A stretch of DNA of 64,000 bases, taken from contig NC_087437.1 in assembly GCF_036321535.1 (NCBI RefSeq), positions 55,740,001-55,804,000 of the forward strand. Reading direction: 5' to 3'. Shown piece by piece: positions 13,516-26,351 of the stretch (the stretch's first letter is position 1; every line of letters starts with the position of its first letter). This stretch comes from Camelus dromedarius (Eukaryota). A program made the translations under genes and the position numbers. The notes under the pieces were generated by a model. It worked only from the letters and a program-made list of their open reading frames with translations, was not told the origin of the DNA and searched no databases.

Positions 13516-13648
13516 GCCCATTTGTTCAGTTCAGCCCATTGACTTGAACTTTGTGGATGAACCATCAGAAAATGGTACAACAAACAAGATCGAGATTAGC
13601 ATGGACTGTATTCGCATGCAGGACTCGGACCTGACTGACCCCATGTGG
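13516..13648 (+). CDS. TP63: TAp63 exon 3, 133 nt: (Q)[44 protein letters not shown]
   Basis: Branch-like ctaac at 13486-13490, acceptor tttgttttcctttatggcag|G, donor TGG|gtgagt at 13648/13649. Phase is compatible with exon 2 (CA|G = Gln). Partly seen in ORF-track entry 13544..13801. Confidence 0.98.
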
Positions 13649-15499
13649 GTGAGTGGCGTGGACTTCCTCTTTAATCTGTGGGCCATGCTGTCCACTTCTC
13701 TATTACACTTGTCTCTTCCATGGAATGTGAAAAGGCAGGTGTCTCTGAATGGGCAAGGCCATTGGAAAGCCAGCCAATGTGGTCAGCAGAGAAAAAATTA
13801 GGAACTGTGGATTCTGGGTCTGCCTTTAGGGTGCATATGTTTCCACTGATGTGAGGAAGGGAGTCAGAAATAATGCCTTACACTCTATCTGAATTGTCCC
13901 TCATGTCTATCCCGACTTCACAGTGAATGGTACCAGCCCAGTGCTTTACAGCTGATGGAGACAGTCAGAACCAAAGTCAAGATCTGAATCCTATCCAAAG
14001 CATTTTCCACTATGGCGGACTATCTCTCTCATAGAATTATTCTTCTTTAATGAAGGAGGATAAAGTAAAATCTATGCAAACACTCAGATTTAAGTACTTG
14101 GTGATAGAGTAAGAGGAAAGAAGCTAAATAATATATAAAACAGGGATTTGGTGTGAGTGTGTGTGTATGGCATTACCACTGAGTCCCTCATGACTTTAGA
14201 CCTCAGGTTTTAATCTGTAAAATGGCAAGAATTTAGGTGCTCACACCTCCCAGGTAGCTAAGGGGTGGATGGGTTAATGATAGCAAAACGCTTTTCTGAG
14301 GTGTTCAGGTGAAATTTCCTGTATTTGTGCAGTGTATCATGCTGGTTGGTGGGTTCTCTTTTCTTTCCTTTTTTCTTTAATCTTTCATTTACCACACAAG
14401 TCCTACTGCTTTTTTTGTAGAAAGCAAGAAAATAAAAACTTAAAGGAAAATAGAAACAAAAAGATCTATAAAGTATCAAATTACTTTATCTGAAGGACTG
14501 GTACAAATGAAAGATGTTTTGGTATGCCTTGACTTTTTTGTCTGATGTAAAATTTTATTGGAATTTTCACTATATGCTTTTTGATTATAAATTGTACTTT
14601 TTAAATTGGGAGAAGGTGAAGTGGGGAGAGAGGAGAGGAAACAACAAAAAAATAGAAAGTTGTAACTTTGCAAATACACTGATTTTGGTCACCAAATTGA
14701 TAAGGGAATAATACATTTCTACTCTGGCCCCTTCCATTATAAGATGGATACAGTTCTCAATTATCCTGAACTAGTGAATGGAAACTGACAGATGAATCTG
14801 AGGGGCAGGTAATTCGAGGCCTTGGAATGTATTACAATTAAACATAAGTATTTATAATTATATAAATTTGAATTTGACAGTGATGTAGAAATTAGGATAT
14901 CCCCAACTCATTTAATAATATTACCTCTTAAATTGATGGGTAGCACCAGCCTAGGAAAACCTTTTTTATATTCTCTCTGGAGATTTTCTGATCTGACTCT
15001 TGGATTCATAAAAGTGAGCAAAAGTTACATGGTTTGTGATGGAGAATCAAGCCTTTTCATTTGCAATTTCTGTTATGATTTTTTTTTCACATGTGGAAGC
15101 AAGCGTTCTCTTAATGTGTCTTCTTCATTTTATTAGAAGTGTTCTCCTTGAGGACATTTGGTGTTTTTCCTCTCCTCTCTAGCCAATTCCTATCCATCCC
15201 TCAACAGCCAGTCTGTCTTGTCTTCTCCAGGAAAACATTTCATATCATTATTCTCTACCAATATGAATTAGAGACCATTCCTCTGAAGCAACCTAGATAT
15301 ATTTCTAGTTGCATTGCTTATTACAGAATATTATAGTTGTTTCTTTATCTGTTTCTAAACGGAAGAGGCACCATGTTTTGTCAAGCCTGGTGTTTGTTAG
15401 CACATTTGGCCCACAGCAGGCCGTCAGGAATTTTTTAAGTTATAAGAAATGAGACTTGGAAGTTATCTAAAAAGTCAAAACATTCTCTTTAAGACATCC

Positions 15500-15682
15500 C
15501 TGTCCAAAGTAACTTTTTTCAATGACGAAAATGTTCTATATTCCTGCTGTCCAACCCGGCAACCACATGTATCCTTTGGACACCTGAAATGTGGCTGGTA
15601 CCCATGAGGAACTCAACTGTAACTTTAGTTAGTTTAAACTGTCACATGTGGCTAGTTGGTAGTGTATTGGGTGGCACAGTTC
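15500..15682. mobile_element. MER3-like DNA transposon
   Basis: ctgtccaa...aatgacgaaaatgttctata...ctgtccaa...ccacatgt...gaaatgtggct...cacatgtggctagt...attgggtggcacag. Confidence 0.7.
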
Positions 15683-17800
15683 TAGAATATCACCAGGCAG
15701 GGGGCCATTCTCTGAACGTTCACAGCAGCAAACCTTCCTGTCCTGCTGTTCACAGCAGCAAAACTTCCTCCTGTAGTCCTTCCTCTTGCTTATGGTGTGT
15801 CAGGATAGAAAATGTTGTGCTTTTTCTTCCAGTACCTCTTTTTAATGAAATGTAGGTTTATCTGTGTGAGAAAACCTCCACTCTTCCCTCATGAGATAGT
15901 CATACTGTTGAGTCTCCACAATTTCCCTCCTCTGAAGAAGCACAGGGCACCACTGGTAACTAGGAATTCTACCATCACTTACTAGCACCCTGGAACTTGA
16001 AATTGTTTGTCAGATGGAGGGTAATGAGAAATCAGGAAAGAAGACCAGGATAGAAACATTTGCAAGGAGTGATGGATGGAAGTGATTCAGGAAAACTGGA
16101 AAAAAAAAATGGAAAGGGGTTTTGCCAATGAGGAGACAAAATAGGTCACTTGGGAACACCTATATTGAAAGGAATATGTAAGTGGAATGAGAATGAACTT
16201 GAGTAAATAAGCAAACTTGGCTATCTGTGGCTGCCCTGTTTTTATCTCCAAAGAACTGAAACATTGCTAATAAAATGCAGTTCTGTATGAATCCTGAGTT
16301 TCCCCTTGTTGTGGGACCATTTCAACATCCATGTGTAGAGGCCACAGAGATGAGACCAGAGGCCACTTAGATGGGACTAAATAACGATCATATCCCTCAG
16401 CAGTGGGAATGGCAAAATGGCGGAATGGCTCAGGATGCAGTAATTGGGGTTCTGGTCTGGCAAGTGAGAACTAGGATCCTCTGGGCTTCCTGGTCCTTCT
16501 AAACTGAAAGCTGCGGCAAGTGGCGTGAGGCTCTTTCCTTCCATCACTCGGTAGCAATACTTTCACTTTTCTGTGCATAGGTTAATAACTAAATAGTTCC
16601 AAAACTCTGCCCATAAATCACTTTCCTCTCACATATAATATTTAAAAAATTGGGATCTCTGCCAAACATTCTCTCACTATGCAAGAAATGTGAATCTGTG
16701 GACAAGAAATGACATGTCAGATTATTAAGGACAAAAATTTTAAAATCGAGAATGGCATCCCATTTTTATTGGTTTATGAAACAACCTTCACCTTAATAAT
16801 TAGTCATGAAGTGGAATCATGTTTCGCTCTGATTATGAACAAAGGGAATTTGAATTCAGACAGTGTATGTGTTTTCTTCATTAGAATGACTTTAGTGTCA
16901 TTGAAGAATGAACTACATTGGATGAGCAAATGATGGTGAATGAGATTTCTCAAAAAAAAAATGTATAATTTTGGCTATGTTTCCAAGATCCTTATTGGCT
17001 CCTTCTTATGTTGCCTATAATATTACTTTATATCTCTGCTTTACCTTATTTATAAACTGTCTAAGCATGCCTATCAAGTCCTCAAGGAGTGGATAATGAT
17101 AACACTTAAATGTTCTCCTGGAATGATGGATGGAAACTACATAACACTTACTTTTGCATTTCTTTATTCTTTATACTTTGATGGAAGCCCTATTTAGTTG
17201 AATTGGGTTTTTCCCTGGGGCTTTTAGTAGTAATTATCTAAAACCAACCACTTTTGTAAGTTTTTATTGTAGCATCCAGTTATAAATGCAGTCCTCAGCT
17301 CCACATATCAAAAGAGCAGACAGTGTGTTTGTATTTGGGAAGGCTTGGGCCACAGCACCTAGCATAACACCCTACATCTTCTATGACCCAGTATTTATAT
17401 AAGATTTCAGGTAGACTGTACAGACTAGATTGAGGCACAAGCATTTCTTTAGCGCTTACTGTATGCTGTGTTATTTGTGATACAGATGAACAAATCATGG
17501 TCCCCAGCCTTGAGAAGACCGTAATATAGCAGAAAGCAAGTGTATACAAAATTACTTATGAAAAGTACTGAGACATATGTTTTTTTAAGGCACATAGAAA
17601 AGGAATGATTTATTGTGCCAGAGAAAGACTGATAATATATTACAGAGAAGATGATTTTTATTTAAGCTTTGAAATTTGAGTCAATCAAAATAGGCAAAGC
17701 AAAAAGTAGTTTGAAAAGATAAGACTGAAATGATTAGGTAAAGGGAAATTTATATAGAAAAGAAAGATAAAATATAGATTTAAAAAATTACAGCACATGA

Positions 17801-17954
17801 ACTTACAGAGAAAAAAATGTGACAATGAGTGTGTATATGTCCATGAATGACTGAAAAATTGTGCTGAACACTGGAATTTGACACAACATTGTAAAATGAT
17901 TACAAATCAATAAAAAATGTTAAAAAAATAAAAACTTTTTCTAACAACTAAAAA
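17801..17954 (+). mobile_element. Young 5'-truncated L1 3' end with 19-bp TSD
   Basis: gactgaaaaattgtgctgaacactggaatttgacacaacattgtaaaatgattacaaatcaataaaaaa plus A-tail. TSD aaaaaattacagcacatga (17782-17800) / aaaaaattacaacacatga (17955-17973). Confidence 0.85.
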
Positions 17955-18059
17955 AAAAAATTACAACACATGAGAAAGATTTAGTAGTGCAGATAAACTA
18001 AATACTTAAAAATTAAATAGGAGAAAGATGAATTTCTCCCTTTGTCAGAAAGTATAAGT

Positions 18060-18450
18060 GATTTGCAGATGTTTAACAAATATAAAATGTTCAACCTCTC
18101 TAATAACCAAAAGAAAAAAGTGAAATAAAACAATGAGATAATATATCATCTATCTGATCAGCAAAGATTTAAATAATTGATAATATCCAGTGCTGGTGAG
18201 ATTGTTGGGAAACAGTCAATCTTTGCACTTGTGGTAGAAGTGTAAGTTGATAAATTTGGAAGGCAATTTGCTCATTCTCATTTATTTAATTTTAAAGGCA
18301 TTTACCCTTTTGACCATAAGTGTCCCTTCTAGAATTTTTTTCCACAAAACAATTAAAAATATATAAATAAGTATACACGCAAACACACACACATATACAG
18401 AAACAAAGGTTTCATTGCAGCATTGTTTTATAATATCCAAAATGGTAAGA
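18060..18450 (+). mobile_element. Old L1 (L1M-type) ORF2 3' region relic
   Basis: aaatgttcaacctctctaataacc...taaaacaatgagata...gataatatccagtgctggtgagattgt...ttcattgcagcattgtttataata. Confidence 0.65.
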
Positions 18451-18649
18451 CCAGATAGACTTCTATAGACTTTAAAATTTTGGACTGTGATAGATAGAAA
18501 AGAAACTACAGTTCAAAGCAAGTGAGTGTTAAGCCCTCCACTGAGAGACGGTATTAATAATTATGACGTGTGGTCATTTTCATCTTGGCAATCCTATTGT
18601 TTATGAACTTCAGCGTGATTTCTGTATTTGTGCTCTGTGTGAAGCATCC

Positions 18650-20460
18650 TTTGTATTCTAAGAAAGATTATGTAGAATTGATAGTATTTCTTATTAAATT
18701 TTTGGTAGAATTTGCTAGTGAAATCACCTGGGCCTGAATATTTTGGGGGGGAGTTCTTTAATTATAAGGTCAGTGTCTTTAAAGTTACAGGACAACTGAG
18801 ATGACCTGTTTTATCTTGGGTAAGTTTTTGTAAATTGTGGATTTTGAAGAATTGGCTAATTTTATCAAAGTTTTAAAGTTTATGTATGTAGAACTGCTTG
18901 GAGTATTCCCTTATTACACTTTTAATGTCTGGGGGATCCATAATATCCTCCTGTTTCATTTCTAGTATTGGCAACTTGTGTCCTCTCTTTCTGTGTCAGT
19001 CTTCCTGGAGACTTGTCAGCTGTACTGCTCTTACAAAGAACCAGCTCAGCTTTTTGGTTTCACAGTCTTTCTGTTTTCAACTTCATTATTTCTGGTCTTA
19101 CTTGATTTCCTTTCTTCTGCTTCTTTGGGCTTACTTTGCTCTTCTTTATCAAGTTTCTTTCATTGGAAGTTTATATTACTAAGTTGAGATCTTCTGTTCT
19201 AATGTTAGTATTTACTTTTATAAAATTTCCACTGAACACTGCTTTAGCTGAATTCTGTAAATTTAGGTATGTTGTATTTTCATTTTCATTCAGTTTAAAA
19301 TATTTTCTAATTTTTCTTAACACTTTTTCTTTGACCTATGTGTATTTACAAGCATGTCCTTTAGTTTCCAAGTGTTTAGATATTTTCTGTTCTCTCCATT
19401 ACTGACTTCTAGTTTAATTTCATTTTGACTTCAGATTTTTTTAAATTTGTTATGCTTGGTTTCATGAGTCAAGAAATGGTTTATCTTGGTACCTGTTCCA
19501 TAGGCACTTGGAAAGACTGTGCATTCTGTTTTTGTTGGGTGCAGTATTCCATAAAAGTCGATTATATCCTGTTGGTGTCTGGTATTATGCAGTTCTTCTG
19601 TGTAGTTTATTTTCTATTAGTTCTATTGATTACTGAGAGAAGAATGTTAAAGTCTTCAATTCCAATTTTGGATTTGTCTCTTTCTCTTTTCAGATCTTCA
19701 GTTTTTGCTTTATGTATATTGGGAGCTCTGTTTTTAGGTACATTATATTTGTTACATCTTCCTTTTATCATTATATAGTATTTTTCTTTATTCTTTATAG
19801 TGTACTTTGCTCTGAAGTCCACTTTATTTTTATATTAATATAGCCATTTTAACTTTCTTTTGATTTGGGTGGTAAATTTTTTCTCTCTCTTTCTATTTTT
19901 AATCTATATTTATCATTATATTTGAATTGAGTTTCTTCTAGACAACATATTGTTGTATTTTTTTATTCATTCTGACAATCTCTGTCTTTTAATTGGTTTT
20001 ATTTACATCATTTACATTTAATGCAGTTATCAACATAGATTTTTTTTGCCCTACAACTATTTTTTTGTTTCCTCCATTGTTCTCTTTTCCTTTTTTTCTG
20101 CTGCCATCTAGATTATTTGACCTAATTTTGTATTTGATTTTAATTGTTTTGGTTTTGGCTATATCTCTTTGGATGTTTTTAGTGATTGCTCTAGAGATTG
20201 CAGTATTTATAATTTTTTCAGTCTATTTTAAATTAATTTACTACTTCAAATGGAATGCAGAAAACTTACCACAATATTGATTTCAAAACCCTTCCTTCCC
20301 ATGATGTTGTTGTTGTCATCTATATTACATCTATGTGCACTGATCACTACATAAGATGGTATTATACTTTTTACTTTCAACTGGCAAATGCATTTTAAAG
20401 AACTCAAGAGAATAGTCAATTTTATTGAACAGGATATTTATCATTGATATTGTTCTTCCT
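18650..20460 (-). mobile_element. Degenerate antisense L1 covering the ORF2 endonuclease region
   Basis: T-rich + strand. ORF 19607..19822(-) MDFRAKYTIKNKEKYYIMIKG...NRAP...IEDFNILLSVINRTNRK resembles L1 EN (DKEGHYIMVKG...GDFNTPLS.LDR). Multiple disruptions. Confidence 0.85.
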
Positions 20461-20683
20461 TTGCAACAAAGTTAGAGTTCTGACTAGATATTGTCATGAA
20501 GAATAGGGGATTCCACGTACCCGTTTGTTCCCCAGAATGAATTGTTTTCAAAGAAAAAATAAGTATTTGTATTTTCTAAGCAGGGCCATAAACCATGTCA
20601 AAGCTCTAATTTGCTGAATTTTTATTGATTAAAAGTTTAACCATTCCCTCTATTGCCCCTTCATCTTATCTCTCTCTCTCTGT

Positions 20684-20687
<4 letters not shown>

Positions 20688-20720
<33 letters not shown>
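20688..20720. repeat. (CA)n microsatellite preceded by (CT)n
   Basis: Direct inspection. Confidence 0.95.
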
Positions 20721-20726
<6 letters not shown>

Positions 20727-23684
20727 CATGAATAACTCAATTTGAACAACACCTATTGGTATTTTCTAACATTATAGAATTGTTACAAAACAGTTTTTGA
20801 TACACCAATTGTTTAAAATCTTCACTTAATAAATTTATTCATATATATAAAGCACATATTCTGTGAACAAAGTGTTTTTAAGTAAGTCACTCCAGTCAGG
20901 CTGCAAAGGGCTGGTTAACAGCTTTGCTACATGAGTCACACAAACATTCTAAATCTTCCTCCCCACATGCATTGTCCTAGCTCAAAAGGTGGAAAGGATA
21001 TGATTCTTGATAGGTCGTACAAGCAGCAATCATTTTCTGTGTCTTGGTGTCCCAGGCACCTGCGATGCACAGTGATACCCAAGTCTAAGTCTGACACTAA
21101 TATCAAGAGCTCATTTCAAGCTATTTCCCTTCCCTGCTCTTTCTGCTTTGCCTCCAGAGCCACCCTCGCCACCGCTACCGTCCTCTTTCTGTTCCTCCTA
21201 TACATCCCCTTGCTCCTTTCCAAGAGTCCTGCTTCTTCCTGTCTCTACCTCCCCCTTCTTTGGTCTTCCAGAAAACCACTAGAGTTCAGGGCAGGTGGAT
21301 TTGATTAACAGCTTTTTTTTTTTTTAAACTTTGATGACTACGTAATATTTAATACAGGGCTTTGCAATGTATTACTTACTTTCGAATGACAGCATGAGGT
21401 TTTTAGTCAGACACACTAAAGGTGGAATTCTGTCTTTACAAATTTAGCTGTGTGAACTTGATAATATCTGTGAGTCTCTCCGTCCTTATTCGTATGGATG
21501 GACATAATATCTATCATCAGCCTTGAGAATTGTGATTTTTTTTTCAATATCTGACTTGTTTTCATTCAAAGTTCCTGGAGTATACATATATAGTCAATTA
21601 AAAATTATTATTTTTGTTGTCACTTGTCTGTCTATGCTGATTTTCATAAAAACTCTGAGATAGGTGAATATGCATGACTTTTTATTATAAAATACAAATT
21701 AAAAATTGGTCTGATTATAAAATCAATGCATACTAATTAAAAATAAATTTGAGAGTGAGTCTCAAAAGCACATATTGTCCTGACCTAATGATAATAATTT
21801 TGAAAATTTTAGTGTTTTTTTCCCTAGAAGAAATAGACTTTATAAGACATATTTGGATCTTGTCACATGTAAATTTTGTAATCTGCTTCTTTTTCTTTGC
21901 ATTTTGTGGTAAGCATTTTTCTCCTATTCACTAATCTTCAAAACAATGTGAATTGCTGTATGATTATTACATAGATATACAGTGACTTACTTAACTGTTT
22001 TGTTACTCACAGAATTTTAAGAATATTCACATACAAACACTTTTTGTACTAGCTGTTTTGAAGTACAATTAATGAGTAAAATGTATGAACACTAGTGTAA
22101 TGGACATTTATTACCAAATTTCTTTTTATGAATTTTTCCCCCAATTTGTACTCACATCAACTGTGCAAAAATGTCTATGAAGTGGAATCAATTTTGATTA
22201 TACAATCTCTTATTTTAAATATGCAAATATGTCTAAGTGACTCAAGGAGTTTCTAGTAATTTGCAAATCAAGATGAAATTGTCCCTCACAGTACATTTTA
22301 AGTGAGATCTGTAAACAAGACGGTAAGATAGCTTAGAGAATGGAGCATCTGTGAATGGGATGGGTAAACCTAATTGAAATGAGAAACCTTTGAGGAAAGA
22401 GGCAGTAAAGAGGGCTACACAGAGTATATTTCCAAGCTTTTCCCTAGAATTAGCACCGAACATGGGAACGGGAGATTTTCTCCTTTGCCATCCAACACTT
22501 CTTAACCCTTGCTTTTAGTATTCCTAAAATGTTACCCCTAGGCTAGTAATGATTTAAACAAATAATTTGCCCCAAATAAGCTTTTATAATATTAGTTCCA
22601 CAGACACAAATGAAATAAGAACATACATATTCCGTATAGCAAAAACCCTCTGATTTTTGGAAAATGGGATTGTAGTTACTTATGTTGCATATGAGGTGGC
22701 TCAGTATACACTCAGTTTAGGCAGAGTTCAGGTGTCCCCAGAAGAGCAGACTGTTTTTCCCTTCTGCTCTTTGTACAGCTTAGCCAATCGGAAGGCACCA
22801 CTTTGTTCACGAGCGCCAAGCCAGGGACTTCACCTTAAACCCAAGTATGCATTTCAAACCTTGAACAAACAGTCTGCTTAATAAAATAAGGGAAAGGGTT
22901 TTCTTTTTCTCTCTTCTCTAGAAATTCACAAACATCACTTGACAGGTGACAACTCCTCCCTTACAAAAGGGGCTGTTTGCTTTTTGCTTTGGTGTTTGGG
23001 TAAACTGCAGCACGCACTGGCAGAGAATTTATTGCCTAGGGGAAGGTGTTTGCAGTCCCTGTGTTTAATCTGAAAAGAAACCCTTTTCCTGCTATCCCCT
23101 CCCTTGGTTTGGGAGGGGGGAGACTTGGAAATGATAGCCCCGGGGGGGAAAAGTTCCCCAGCACCTGTCTTTGGTGCAGCCTCAGCAATGTTACTTAAGA
23201 CACTGTGCTCAGTGTGTGTGCATTCAGAATGGCAAAGTTGAAGAGGGCAGATAAACAGAAAGGGATTTCAGCAGAAACACAGGAGCTGATTCTAACCTTG
23301 CATCCTCTTATAAACCGATCAGGTTGAAATCCTAGGACGCTGGCTTAAAGAGAATGGGATGTTTTTGAAGTAATACTCGTACTGTTAGTCACCTGTCTTT
23401 TCCTTTGGCAACTAGTTTACTTAATATAGTTTTAATCAACAGAACTTGAAACAATTCAGAATGTTAGACTTAGGAACTATAGACATGATCTAGTCCTAGT
23501 CCAGCCTCCCTTTAATAGATGGGAAAACTAAGACCCGAATTGATTACTGTTCGCTTCTCCAACATTTCTAATAGAACCTGTGGGAGATTCAGGGCTAACG
23601 CAGCTTTCTGGTTTTCTACACCAGCCCCTCCATCTATTTGCCGTAGTATGAAGAGCCCACACTCTGGACGTAGGTGGCTGCCTG

Positions 23685-23900
23685 CATTTGAATCCAGTTC
23701 TGTCATTCACTATTTGGATGGTCTTGTCTAAATTCTGGTATGTTTCTGAGTCTCAGTTTCCCCACCTGCAAAATGAAGATGATGATATTGGTGACGTATC
23801 ACAGAAAAGCTGTTTAGAGGGTTGAGGGAGGGCATGTTAAGCAGTCATCCCAGTAACCTTGCATGTGGTCAGTTCTCAGTGGTGATGGTTGTTGCTGTTA
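23685..23900 (+). mobile_element. MIR SINE
   Basis: tttgaatccagttctgtcattcact...tctgagtctcagtttccccacctgcaaaatgaagatgatgat. Confidence 0.75.
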
Positions 23901-24377
23901 CTCTTTAGAATGAGATAATCTGGAAACAGGAAATTATTCACCTTAAGTAGAGCAATTACTGATGCAGGGAAAAAAATGAAATTTGCTTAGGTTTGTATTT
24001 TTGTGTTTCCATAAAAAGAAGATAATATTTGAAGCTGTGCTAGCATGCTGTAAAATCCGTCTAGCCCATCCTTTCCAGTTTGAAACTAGATAGAGTTGAG
24101 TTTTCTACAATTTTAGACCAATTTTTGAAGCAGATTTCTTTTAAAAGCCAATACCCCCTTGTGTTTATTCAGTCTTATAGAATTCAAAGAAAACACTTTC
24201 ATTTTAATTATTACATGTTATTTTATTTTAGTTATTTGGCTATCCAGTAATCCTAAGGTAATAAAATATTCCCTTTTCCAGTCTGTTAATTAAGAGCACA
24301 TACTTTGGATATACCTGGGTTTGAATCTCAGCATGATAATGAAGTCAGAGCTGCGTGGACTCCTAGACATTTTAATT

Positions 24378-24547
24378 CAGTGGGTCTCAAAGTGTGGTCA
24401 ACAGCATCAACATTACTTAAGCACTTGTTAAGAAATGCAAATTCTTGGATTCCACTCCAGATCTGCTAAATCAGAAACTAGAAGGAGAGGAGGACAAAGA
24501 TATTTGAATAAGCCCTCCAGTCCATTCTGATGTTTGAAAAACACTGG
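24378..24547. mobile_element. MER5A DNA transposon, adjacent to a minus-strand MIR (about 24550-24670)
   Basis: cagtgggtctcaaagtgtggtc...cagcatcaacattac...cttgttaagaaatgcaaattcttgg...ccagatctgctaaatcagaaact...gtttgaaaaacactg. Confidence 0.85.
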
Positions 24548-26317
24548 TCCAGCCCAATGTTTTAACATGTATTTTTATTGGTGGGGGAACTCAGAGTCTG
24601 ACAGGGGAGTGACTTGCCCAAGGGGACACAGCCATAATGACAGAGAAGAGACTGCTAGTCCACTCTCTCCTTTAAAATAGGTATTTCTAGTTGTGATTCA
24701 TCACAAAACACGTGGAAAGCTCTCCTGGGTTTTGTTATTCAGAAAGTTTAAAGATAGAATGTAATACTTTAGAAGAAGTCATTAAATATCCTTACTAACT
24801 GGATGGCTATACATCTTTATCAGTAAGATGTTGTTAAACAAGTTCTCACAACTGACTTGTTTCTAATTGTAAAGGTTCATAAGAATCTTTTCCCTGGCAA
24901 AATGACGAAAATTTCAAGCTTGTATTCTTGTCATTTCCACAGGAATTTACTGATTATTTACTAAGTTCAAAATACTCTGCTTTGGGTACAAGTTTAATAA
25001 AAGAGCTGAGTCTATCACTGCCTATAACTTAGAGTTGGTGGGAGAGTCAGGTATGAAGTTAATGAACTGGATTATAAATGACCATACCCCCAAAATATTC
25101 ATTGCTTACCTATTGAGGGATAAATAGAAAAGACACTGAACACCAGACCAGAGTTCAGTCATCAGCAATGACTGCTGTGCGGTATAACTTCAGGGGCAGT
25201 GTTCACCTCATACTTCATATGAAGGACAACATGTAGGCATTAAGCAGCTCAGTAGTCCTGCCGTCTAGCTAACATTTGGCACTTACTACACTTGAGACAA
25301 TCTGGGGGATGAATGAGTAAAGAAAGAGCACATTCTGACCCCCTAAAGCAACCAGTTTATTATGGGACAGGAGGTAACATACAAACAACTCTTATCACAT
25401 GAGTTACAGAATGATAAGCAACAGAGAACAGTATAGATGGTCTCATTTCTGTTTGAAAGCTCAGGAAATATATTGGCCATGTGGGAGCAAAGGGAAGAGA
25501 AATAGAATAAGGCAGAGAGAACCATTTATGTTAGTTAGGGAAAAGGCTTAAGTGTGTGAAGCCCTCACTATGAGAGAACAAAAACTTGTGATGCTTTGAA
25601 AGAACGCTTGCCTCACCTAGCATAATGTAATTTTTTTTTAATTCCCTGGGCCCACAGAACATATGTATTGGCTATCAGTTTGAGACCCCTTAGGTGTTGA
25701 CATGAACTTGGTACATTGTGTCATGGGAGGAGGGTCAGCTTGGTTTGGCTAAAACCCAACATGAAGAGAAGAAGTATGAAAATAGACAAATTGTTGAGTT
25801 GGGGGTCATTTCAAGGAAACCAGTAGTACATTCTAACCTGGGGGGCTTGCTGGATGGATTGCGGGGCACAGTACATGACTAGAGGATGAGTGGCTGGAGG
25901 TGTGGTGGTGTCTGCATTCGCATGGGATCTCAAACTCTGCCATGTCATGTGTTTATTGTCAGGACAAGTGGGTGTGTTGGGATTATGATCAAATCTCTCT
26001 GGAGGACTGTTCTTTTCAGATAAGGACCTGTCTGTTGTTTACTTTTTCTTCCCCAACATTTCTTTAGAATAGACAAAGTGACAGTTCCTGGAGTAGGAAT
26101 AGAGATGTAAATGAGAGCCCCTTCACTTTACAACCTAATGAGAGGTAAAGGTTCCCGTCCTGCTATGTAAAAAACAGGAACCATGTTGATGACATGCTGG
26201 CTAGAGATATAGAACAAGGCTGATAAAACCGTGGCTGAATTGATTATTTTTGATTAGGATTTGATTATTTTGATTAGGCACTCCTCACCTGGTAAAATGT
26301 AAAATATGTGTTCATGC

Positions 26318-26319
<2 letters not shown>

Positions 26320-26350
<31 letters not shown>
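26320..26350. repeat. (TG)n microsatellite
   Basis: Direct inspection. Confidence 0.95.

Positions 26351-26351
<1 letters not shown>

Noticed and set aside
13649..13801. ORF 13544..13801 continuing beyond exon 3 (VSGVDFLF...RKN)
   Set aside because: Similarity to p63 ends exactly at a consensus gtgagt donor; the remainder is intronic read-through.
18898..20280. Several hydrophobic F/L-rich plus-strand ORFs resembling membrane proteins
   Set aside because: T-rich antisense strand of a decayed L1.
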